Assembly: GCA_048881705.1 (NCBI GenBank)
Contig: JBHLSH010000053.1
Span: 1-27,869 of the forward strand
Direction: 5' to 3'
DNA from: Candidatus Heimdallarchaeota archaeon
GTDB taxonomy: Archaea; Asgardarchaeota; Heimdallarchaeia; Hodarchaeales; Hodarchaeaceae
Length of the DNA stretch: 27,869 nt
The translations under genes and the position numbers were made by a program. Below are positions 14,722 to 22,378 of the stretch, piece after piece (within the stretch, counting starts at the first letter, position 1; every line of letters starts with the position of its first letter). The notes below the pieces were generated by a model. That model did not search any database and was not told the origin of the DNA. It saw only the letters and a list, made by a program, of their open reading frames with translations.

Positions 14722-17700
14722 TTATATATCAAAAGGAATAATTATCTTAAGCATAGCAGAGCTACCCACCCATAAAGCTTCATAAACATCTCCCGGAGGG
14801 ATTTTTAGCAAGTTGAGCATTGCCCGTTTGGCATCATCGTAAAGAATCGGATTATAGGATCTTTGTCCCTTGTCTCGGACAATAAGATCGAATTTGTTCA
14901 AGTCAGATATGCTATTGTTTATGGTGGCCAGAGAAGTAGCCTGAAAGATGTAAAGCCGTTTTAGGGCATTAACTGCTGCTTTAGAGAAGTGCGTTGCCCT
15001 TTCTTCTTTAATTTGCGAGTCAACACTAATTAGGCGAACGGGGTCAATAGTAAATTGCTGCAAGAGTGTCAAAGGAATTAAACCATCAATTATATTGCGT
15101 ATATAGGGGCCTACGAGCTGTTCATCCACAATTCCTACGTCTTCAAGATAGATTTTCTCCTCTAAGAGGCGAACCGCTTTATAGAATATACCTCGAATGA
15201 ATTTTGTTGGTTTACGTCCCAAAAATACGAATATTCGGAAAGTGGGCGATGCAGCAATTAGAATCTGTATCTTGTGTTGTTCAATCAGGCTTAAACGGAA
15301 CAATCGATCGCCAGACTGACCAGAGCCAGAGTTGGATTTATCGATTTGTTCAATAAATTGCGATTGGAATGACTCCAAAAAGTCCGACATCCCAACGGAA
15401 AGTCCACTTAGCGCAACGTTCAGCGACTCATCTCGGCGATAAAGCGTATTAGTAATATCAAAAAGGGGAATTCCCGCTTCAGTTGTCACCAAGATCGTGT
15501 ATATATTCGAAATGGAAGATAGGATCTCTTCTATATCACGTGTTTTTTCAACTCTTTTACGATTCCATCTTTGCAGGACAATACCACCAAAAACGAGCAA
15601 AACTCCAACAAAAATCGTTCCGAGAACTGCTCCTGCAAGTTCAGCCAAAGTGAAACCGAAGATGAAAATATTCAGGGAAGCAAACTGATAATCTTCTTTC
15701 GGAAAGAATCGACTAACTCCTGATGATTCTTCTGAAGCTTCAATATGCCATTCTAACGACCCATATCCTGGCAACGTCACGGTAACGGTAAATAAACTTC
15801 CATTGAAGTGAAGTTGCGCTATTTCGAGGCTTGCACCGAGGCCTGCAAAAACGCCCCTAAAAGGCTTTATTTCATAGTGTACGTAAACCTGAAAGGAAGA
15901 TAGATTACCTCCCCAATCCGTTACATCTGCCCAAAACAGAACTGTAGTATCATTTAAACGGGTAATGTTCGCAGAATGAATTGTCGGGGTCCATTTGTCT
16001 GCTATTGATATGGTGCCCCCATATTGAGACGATTTGTAATATCCTGCCAAGACTCCAGAATCGTACAATACGATAATATATGTGTAGGTAGCCACGCCCT
16101 CAAAGTTAACTTTAAAACTCACATGAGTACTATTGGAATCCATTGAGGCTTGTTCTACTTTCGATTCTCCAGTGTCGTTGTTATAGATCGAAATATTTGC
16201 CCCATGGTCATTAAACGCATCATTGACCATCATCCATATTGTGATGTTTCCTGCCTCCCCGCTATTGTACTGGAACTCTGGATCCAAGCCAGTTACAGGA
16301 ATAAAATCCGATGTCCTCCCTTGAATCAAGGCTGTAGAATTCAAATTTCCACCTTCATCATATATGACAAATCGATATTCATACGAGGTGTTACGGATCA
16401 TATAAATGTCAAAAGTATAATGAGAAGTATTATAATCCATGGAGAATGTCGAATTTAGCCACTGTGATCCAATAAGCTGATTTATTGTTATACTCGCCGA
16501 TTCAACCATTCCAAATGGATCCGTTGCTTTAGTCCAAAAGAAAAGATGAACAGCTGTATGGTTTTCTAGCTCTTGTTCCATATCATAACCAGTGAATTCA
16601 GGAGGTGTAAGATCTATGATAAATATCGCCTCCCAATCGGTAGTTTTGGAATTTTCAAATTCATCTATTGCTCTCAGTCTAAAGGTGAAGGCGTCTCCGG
16701 GGTCAAACAACCGCTGAATTGAATCAGAAATTGTGACAGTATAGATATTCAGAGACCCATTGGGCTTTAACGGAACCATGTAGTTTGTGAGAAAAATGAA
16801 CTCAAGGGTAACATTATCAAGCCCACTGCCATAAACTCCTTCAAAAACTTCAGCCCAAACCGAAACCGTTCCATTTTGAAATTCATTGATATTCCACCTG
16901 TTTATTTTTGGAGCTGCTTTGTCTTCAACGGTAATTGAGCGAACTAAGGATCCTGGATTACCAGCATCATCCTGAGTCCATACTTTGAATGTCACGTCAT
17001 CACCAACGAGAAACTGATCTGTGAAAACGTGGTAAAAGACGTCTTGAGTCATTACATATGTATTAGTAACAGAATTTCTAGTGATATTCAGGTAGAAGGT
17101 ATTCGTAACATATTGGGAGGCGCCATAAACATCTTCGGCCCAAGCCCGTATGGTGATTTCAGCATCATTTACGGTTGAGTTTTCAATTATGAACTGGACT
17201 CCAGGTGGAACGATATCAGTCAAAATCAACTTTTTATATTGATCCGGAGTAGGAATGAAGATGTTGCTGGCTGTATCCTCTGCAGTAGCATAATAGACAA
17301 CTTCCCTCACATTATAGGTAAAGTTGGAAATAATCGAAGAGAAATGAGTTTGATTAATCTGGATCAAGGAATGTCCAATCCAAGATCCTGTACTGTTCTC
17401 ATATACTACCACAGCAACAATACCATTGCTTGGCCAATCGGTTGCAGTGGCATTGAATTCTATCGAACCATTGCCAAACTCTGTTCCAGATAGGGAAACC
17501 ACAGGAAACGCATTATCTGAAACATTAAAGGGTCCGGGACGTACAATTCTAAGATTTCCGGCAAAATCACTTGCATTTATGGAGTATTCAATGGAATCAT
17601 TAAAATTATATGTATCTGCGTAATAGAAGTGGTCGCTACCTATATCCAGCATTAGGTATTTGCTAAATGGTCCACCATTTATCCTGATCGCGATAAACAC

Positions 17701-19557
17701 GCTGCTGGCATTCAGTCCGCTCTGGTATATCGAACTTTCGCTAATTATGACATCCCATTCGGTATTTCCCTCCGAATGAGTTGGTATTGGATTCCAAATC
17801 TGAGGGGGACGCGTGTCAGTCACTGTAAAATTGTAGGTTTTTATTGTTGAGGGAAATAATCTAGATCCATTCTCGTTTCCCACGGTATCGTTTACTGAAT
17901 AGATTGTGTAATTTAGGAAATAACCCGTATACTCATTCGTTTGATAAATCCAATAACCTGATCCATTAAGAGTCATTATTTTAAGGCTACCATTAACTGA
18001 TAGAACCACTGAATCTATTCCACTAGAATCCGAAACATTTGCGTACCACTCAATAGTACCATCTCCATAATCGGTGACATTAAATTTGTTAATCACAGGG
18101 GCACTGGGATCACTAAGCAGGAATGTTTGGATTTCAGTAACAGCCGCGTTTCCTCCCAAATCTATGGCGATTATATTGTAGGTGATGCTTATATTGGTCT
18201 CTTCACCATTCAAAGAATCAAGAGCTGTGGCATTAAAATAGGTTGTTCCCGATTGGAAAACCAACGTGAAGTTTTGGGCTGGAATTTTAACAGACTGAGA
18301 AGTTAGATTGAAGGCTGTGAGATTCAAATAAGCGTTAAAATTGCCGTCATCCGTTATTTCCGCATAAAACGTCTTTGAGCCCTTTTCGAAATGGACATGG
18401 GAAATATCAGGTGCAAGAGTGTCCAAATACGCAGATAATTGAATATAAAACGTAAAATTGGCAGAACGATGGTAAGTTCGATTTGGGATGATCTCCACAT
18501 TTAATAACTGCTCAATTGTGTTATTAAAATCTACGATAATATCGTATTTCCCCCAGGGAACGTTATAGAAAGTACTATCCCCTTCCAAGTTCGTTGTTTG
18601 GTTCAACGTAATGAATGCATTTGTCAATGTAACGTTCGCATCTTTTACGTCTCTGTTGTTTAAATCCCTTACATTCACAGTCACATTGGCATTTCCGCTG
18701 ATATCATCGTAGAGAATCCAATGAACAGTTCGGTTCCATAATTCCCATCCTTTCGAGGTAAGGCTGGTTCCATTACTAGTACCCAAGAAAACTCTTCGTT
18801 CTGCAGAGGAATTTAAGAGCCAATCCTTACCTCCCTTCTCTAATATGATAAGAGATCTAGAAAACCTTTCGCCCCCAGACGTTGAAGGAGCAATAAGTCC
18901 ATTCAGACTAGAGCCCGAAGGAACCCCTTGGGGAAAAGGGCCTTTAATATAGGCCGAATCGGCGGAAGGGTGATTATAAACTATAAGAGGGCCTGCCGTA
19001 AAATTACTAGTAATATAATGGGAAGTATTCACTACTTCCAGTACCGTATTGTCGTTCTTGATGGCAGATCCTGATCCCAGCTGGAATAAGTTCCAAGTAT
19101 CAACTTCCATTGTCAATATCGGGATAGATACAGTTTCTAAGGTGGTTAGAAAGGAGACATCAACAGAATCAGAGATAATAATTGCGTCAACACCGTTGAG
19201 CGAGTATGAATCGTTATCATTATGCAATGTTACGTTGAAATTTAGGTTTACACTCAGAAAATCAATAAACGGTTGATCGAAGGTTGGTTCCAGATTCGAT
19301 GTATTATTCATGATGAACAGAATGTTCGGTTGTTGAAATGATTGAAGAGAAAAACGGGGGTAAGAAATCGGAGATGTTAATCTTGGCTGATCCTCATCTG
19401 GGGAAAGCGAAGGAATCTGGACTAAATCTTGAGCTCCAGATTCAGAACTACTAGAGACAAAGTCAGCTGGGATTGAAAGGGACGAAGCAATGAAAATAAT
19501 TAGAAGAAGTAAAGAAAACCATTGACCAGGGATTTTTAGGATTCTCAATTTTAACAA
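14722..19557 (-). CDS. Large single-pass cell-surface glycoprotein with cytoplasmic longin-like domain (1611 aa)
   Basis: The N-terminal signal-like hydrophobic stretch is followed by a flavodoxin/GATase-like alpha-beta domain (NILFIM...VDAIIISDSV...IPILTME) and a carboxypeptidase-regulatory-like sandwich (VTVNVRD...DANVTL...FYNVPWGKY). About 9 Ig-like repeats with many N-x-S/T sequons come next. One TM helix (about 15573-15652) is followed by RWNRKR, then IYTILVTTEAGIPLF...LSGLSVGMSDFLESF (longin-like) and a ~140-aa tail. Confidence 0.85.
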   Translation of the reverse strand: MLKLRILKIPGQWFSLLLLIIFIASSLSIPADFVSSSSESGAQDLVQIPSLSPDEDQPRLTSPISYPRFSLQSFQQPNILFIMNNTSNLEPTFDQPFIDFLSVNLNFNVTLHNDNDSYSLNGVDAIIISDSVDVSFLTTLETVSIPILTMEVDTWNLFQLGSGSAIKNDNTVLEVVNTSHYITSNFTAGPLIVYNHPSADSAYIKGPFPQGVPSGSSLNGLIAPSTSGGERFSRSLIILEKGGKDWLLNSSAERRVFLGTSNGTSLTSKGWELWNRTVHWILYDDISGNANVTVNVRDLNNRDVKDANVTLTNAFITLNQTTNLEGDSTFYNVPWGKYDIIVDFNNTIEQLLNVEIIPNRTYHRSANFTFYIQLSAYLDTLAPDISHVHFEKGSKTFYAEITDDGNFNAYLNLTAFNLTSQSVKIPAQNFTLVFQSGTTYFNATALDSLNGEETNISITYNIIAIDLGGNAAVTEIQTFLLSDPSAPVINKFNVTDYGDGTIEWYANVSDSSGIDSVVLSVNGSLKIMTLNGSGYWIYQTNEYTGYFLNYTIYSVNDTVGNENGSRLFPSTIKTYNFTVTDTRPPQIWNPIPTHSEGNTEWDVIISESSIYQSGLNASSVFIAIRINGGPFSKYLMLDIGSDHFYYADTYNFNDSIEYSINASDFAGNLRIVRPGPFNVSDNAFPVVSLSGTEFGNGSIEFNATATDWPSNGIVAVVVYENSTGSWIGHSLIQINQTHFSSIISNFTYNVREVVYYATAEDTASNIFIPTPDQYKKLILTDIVPPGVQFIIENSTVNDAEITIRAWAEDVYGASQYVTNTFYLNITRNSVTNTYVMTQDVFYHVFTDQFLVGDDVTFKVWTQDDAGNPGSLVRSITVEDKAAPKINRWNINEFQNGTVSVWAEVFEGVYGSGLDNVTLEFIFLTNYMVPLKPNGSLNIYTVTISDSIQRLFDPGDAFTFRLRAIDEFENSKTTDWEAIFIIDLTPPEFTGYDMEQELENHTAVHLFFWTKATDPFGMVESASITINQLIGSQWLNSTFSMDYNTSHYTFDIYMIRNTSYEYRFVIYDEGGNLNSTALIQGRTSDFIPVTGLDPEFQYNSGEAGNITIWMMVNDAFNDHGANISIYNNDTGESKVEQASMDSNSTHVSFKVNFEGVATYTYIIVLYDSGVLAGYYKSSQYGGTISIADKWTPTIHSANITRLNDTTVLFWADVTDWGGNLSSFQVYVHYEIKPFRGVFAGLGASLEIAQLHFNGSLFTVTVTLPGYGSLEWHIEASEESSGVSRFFPKEDYQFASLNIFIFGFTLAELAGAVLGTIFVGVLLVFGGIVLQRWNRKRVEKTRDIEEILSSISNIYTILVTTEAGIPLFDITNTLYRRDESLNVALSGLSVGMSDFLESFQSQFIEQIDKSNSGSGQSGDRLFRLSLIEQHKIQILIAASPTFRIFVFLGRKPTKFIRGIFYKAVRLLEEKIYLEDVGIVDEQLVGPYIRNIIDGLIPLTLLQQFTIDPVRLISVDSQIKEERATHFSKAAVNALKRLYIFQATSLATINNSISDLNKFDLIVRDKGQRSYNPILYDDAKRAMLNLLKIPPGDVYEALWVGSSAMLKIIIPFDI
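15690..18423 (-). repeat. About nine ~100-aa Ig-like beta-sandwich repeats within the surface protein
   Basis: Repeat starts: DTLAP, DPSAP, DTRPP, DNAFP, DIVPP, DKAAP, DLTPP, DFIP, DKWTP. Many end with D-x-x-(G/S/E)N (DLGGN, DTVGN, DFAGN, DTASN, DDAGN, DEFEN, DEGGN). Protein-level repeat only; no obvious DNA-level identity. Confidence 0.75.
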
Positions 19558-20107
19558 TCCTGTCAGGAGAGGGAGTTATAGCCTATTTAGATTGGGCCTT
19601 TGCACCAAACCCAAGTATGGCGAATTTTCTTTCGTAATCAACAATGCCGGCATAATTGGAGTATCCTATATGAACATCGGAACCCTCACGATATAATGCT
19701 CTCAATCATATCCTCGCAATTTTTTGAACCGTGCTAGTATTTGTGGTATTAATCATCTAATAACTTGTCTCGAACTTGGGTCTTACCAGTCAGTCTAATA
19801 AATTTAACCAAATTGCTGTGATTATTTGGACTCTTAGAATTTCGGGAATGAATTTGATTATGGCCTTCTTTCCTTAGATATGATTGGGTAAAAACAGAAT
19901 TTTCTGACGATTCCGTTTTTAACGTTTCTGCCAACTAAGGCCACTATTTTTAGCTTTAAAAAAGTCACTGTATTTTATCGGAATTTCCGGACGTTTTACC
20001 TAGTGAATTTCTCAGAATCTCCCATCAATCAGGTTAAAGGTCGTATAACTCGAAAAGACATGTTTTCATGGTCAAAGATGAGTGTTATTTCTCCTCTTGG
20101 CATTTTA

Positions 20108-20290
20108 TTAGGTGGGTAGTTCATGGAAAAAGAAGGCCAGGGCGATATGGACAATAAGCATTACAAGCGTTAGACCCATCAGAACAAGTGCACCATAAAT
20201 ATATGATGACAATTGATCTACAGGCGCGAATGCTTCTTCATCACCAATCTCGTTTGCTACTTCATTAGAGGGCATTGTCGATCTATCCAT
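20108..20290 (-). CDS. Small single-TM protein (60 aa) with HIxxxFFFH motif
   Basis: Acidic N-terminus, then TM GALVLMGLTLVMLIVHIALAFFFHE. Its ATG overlaps the upstream TAG (ctATGGATAG). Confidence 0.65.
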   Translation of the reverse strand: MDRSTMPSNEVANEIGDEEAFAPVDQLSSYIYGALVLMGLTLVMLIVHIALAFFFHELPT

Positions 20291-20584
20291 AGAATATAAA
20301 TTTCATGAACATATAATCAAGGGTCAAGAAAATTCCGGGAAGAACCAATAGATAATAGACAAGTTTGATTTCATTTGTAATTCGACGCAGAATGAAATCA
20401 GGCCCGACAACGCAAAATAAAGTGATGAAATAAATCATTTCGAGGGAGAATGAGATTCCAAAGAGGGTACTGGGAGATTTGCCCTTGGCGACGGAGGTTC
20501 ATGTGCGTGCGCTATAGGAAGATTGAATTGGATAATTGAGATAATAAGCGCAAACAATGGTTTAGTTAATCTCACGTTGTTCAT
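20283..20584 (-). pseudogene. Frameshifted ~100-aa membrane protein (signal peptide + 2 TM), or a sequencing error
   Basis: ATG 20584 gives MNNVRLTKPLFALIISIIQFNLPIAHAHE. Adding one A at about 20498 (catgaacc to catgaaacc) continues as TSVAKGKSPSTLFGISFSLEMIYFITLFCVVGPDFILRRITNEIKLVYYLLVLPGIFLTLDYMFMKFIFYG*, whose TAG (20285-20283) overlaps the next ATG. Confidence 0.5.
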
Positions 20585-20595
20585 TCCTGACCAGC

Positions 20596-20724
20596 TTAAT
20601 TGTGGTAGAAGAAATCTATAAGGATGTGGAAGAGCATCAGGGTGATTAATACAAACGCAGCCATCACAGATGGTCTACTAATTCGGACCAGATTCTCTAG
20701 ATCCTTGGTAGATCGCTTAATCAT
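20596..20724 (-). CDS. Small single-TM peptide (42 aa) with HIxxxFFYH motif; not in the ORF track
   Basis: MIKRSTKDLENLVRISRPSVMAAFVLITLMLFHILIDFFYHN*. It lies 39 nt after the cyoE stop and 11 nt before the next ATG, and its C-terminus resembles the 20108..20290 product. Confidence 0.6.
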   Translation of the reverse strand: MIKRSTKDLENLVRISRPSVMAAFVLITLMLFHILIDFFYHN

Positions 20725-20763
20725 TCTTTCAGATATCGAAATCACAATTTACAAGAGAGGAAT

Positions 20764-21681
20764 TTAAAATGGAAGGAGCATAGCGGCGAATATTAAAGCT
20801 AACCAAATGTTATGAAGTTTAAAACTTCTATACGCTGTTTGTTCTGATGGGGTCTTCAAGAATCTGTATAGACCAGAAAAGAGGAAGAAATGAGGGATTA
20901 AAATCAATAACAGGATGATAATTGATCCGTTGGTCATCGTGTAAGTAAGAATTGTTGCATACGCGATAACTAGTATTCCCCAACCAAACGTAATTTGAGC
21001 TGTACGCGGTATCCCGTATACAACGGGGAGCATTGGGATGTTGGCTCGACGATAATCTTCAACGTACTTGGTTGCTAATGACCAAGTATGACTTGGGGTC
21101 CAAAAGAAGACCAAAAATCCAAGCAACCATCCTTCCAATGGGATGGTTCCAGTTATAGCAGCATAACCCATCAATACTGGGGCAGGGCTTGCCAAACCCC
21201 CGAGAAGAGTATTTACGATTGACCTTCTCTTCAGCACTAAAGAATATCCAAGTAAATAATAGAATGCGCCCCAACCCACAAAAAAAGCGGTCAAGGCGTT
21301 GAATACCAGAAAAGCAAGAGCTAGGGCAGCGATGACAAATATGGATCCAACCAAAAGTATCTTTTCTGGAGGATTGATCGCATTTTCTCCGACACTGGCT
21401 CTTTGCGAAGTTCTTTCCATTAGACTATCAATATCCCTATCAAGATAGGCATTAATGGTCATTGCGCCTCCTGCTGATAAATATCCGATAAAAATTGCTA
21501 TTACCAACTCAATGATCGAAAATTTACCCTTGGAAGCCAATATAAATCCAACGATACCCGTTATTGAAAGTAATACGACAATTCTTGGCTTGGTTAGGGA
21601 TAAATAAGCTCTAACAGTATTTTGAGCATGATTAACGCCCGAATTCGATTTTGAATAAGCTGTAAGGTAATCAGTAGACAT
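20764..21681 (-). CDS. cyoE: Protoheme IX farnesyltransferase (heme O synthase, CyoE/CtaB; UbiA superfamily)
   Basis: LTKPRI, NAYLDRDIDSLMERT (Asp-rich motif), LKRRS, FFWTPSH, DYRRANIPMLP; multiple TM helices. Confidence 0.93.
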   Translation of the reverse strand: MSTDYLTAYSKSNSGVNHAQNTVRAYLSLTKPRIVVLLSITGIVGFILASKGKFSIIELVIAIFIGYLSAGGAMTINAYLDRDIDSLMERTSQRASVGENAINPPEKILLVGSIFVIAALALAFLVFNALTAFFVGWGAFYYLLGYSLVLKRRSIVNTLLGGLASPAPVLMGYAAITGTIPLEGWLLGFLVFFWTPSHTWSLATKYVEDYRRANIPMLPVVYGIPRTAQITFGWGILVIAYATILTYTMTNGSIIILLLILIPHFFLFSGLYRFLKTPSEQTAYRSFKLHNIWLALIFAAMLLPF

Positions 21682-21762
21682 TATTTATAATCCCAAACGT
21701 TCTAAGCCCAATTATGTACAATTGTCACACATCATCCTGAGTATTTTATGTTTGGGGATACT

Positions 21763-21771
21763 AAAAAAAAA
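21763..21771 (-). terminator. Possible T-run terminator downstream of the oxidase remnant
   Basis: A9 on the plus strand (T9 on the minus strand), about 65 nt after the stop at 21836. Confidence 0.3.
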
Positions 21772-21835
21772 GGTGGGGGAGGATGGGTAAAAACTTGGGT
21801 AGAATTCGAATTTTCGCTCTAGATTGCATAAATAG

Positions 21836-22205
21836 CTATACATTCGATCCAATCGGCCATTTGAGACCCAAAACCAGGAATGTGATAAAATAGAAAACTA
21901 TGAACAGAACCATAAAAGCTAAACCGATCGTCATAGTTCCTGGAGCCCCAAGCTTCGTTCCATTGTCACTAGCGCCAGGTTGATTTTGGGCAGGAATGGG
22001 TTGTGAGAAATTACCTTCAGGGTTTAGCTTTTCACCAATTAGGAGGGCAAATACCATTTGGAGGCAAAACAGAAGAATCCCTAGGAATCCAATTATCGCC
22101 CCTACCCATCCAGAACTGTTTCTTAGCTGGGTGGGTTGGTATCGGACTCTTCCTGTCTCTTGTTTTTGTACAGGGTGTAATGATAAACCAGGTACGACAA
22201 GGCAT
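21836..22205 (-). pseudogene. 3' remnant of a heme-copper oxidase subunit I, probably ba3/B-family type
   Basis: MPCRTW at 22205 resembles the conserved G[MV]PRR[HT]W loop and is preceded by a stop. After one frameshift the sequence reads GWVGAIIGFLGILLFCLQMVFALLIGEKL...GAPGTMTIGLAFMVLFIVFYFITFLVLGLKWPIG*. From memory, this fits the C-terminus of ba3-type subunit I with a IIa-like last helix (LL.GKKL...APGT...F..YYF...W). There is no room for the remaining ~450 codons before 22379. Confidence 0.6.
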
Positions 22206-22378
22206 CTAGGTTATGTTTCAGGGCAGTAAATCGTGGGAAAATAGATCTAACCCTCGCATAGCTTTCCGACAAAAAAGAGCATCTCACGAGGTTAGGACAG
22301 ATTTAAATACAAAATCGCCAAGTTCAGGGTAAAGAAGCGCCTTGGATTAATCGTAACGCGTTCCCAAAACCCTACCTG

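Noticed and set aside
14479-14785. Three overlapping plus-strand ORFs between the GTPase and the surface-protein gene
   Set aside because: They are AT-rich, low-complexity and mutually overlapping, in what is probably the terminator/promoter region of the minus-strand genes.
19583-19934. Minus-strand 61-aa ORF (19749..19934) and an overlapping frame MINTTNTSTVQKIARI*LRALYREGSDVHIGYSNYAGIVDYERKFAILGFGAKAQSK* (19756..19583) with an internal TGA
   Set aside because: It could be a decayed gene, but I recognise no family and see no evidence for recoding. A BLASTX of 19560-20100 would settle it.
21996-22229. Plus-strand ORFs 21996..22229 and 22003..22209
   Set aside because: They are antisense to the oxidase remnant and have no independent motifs.
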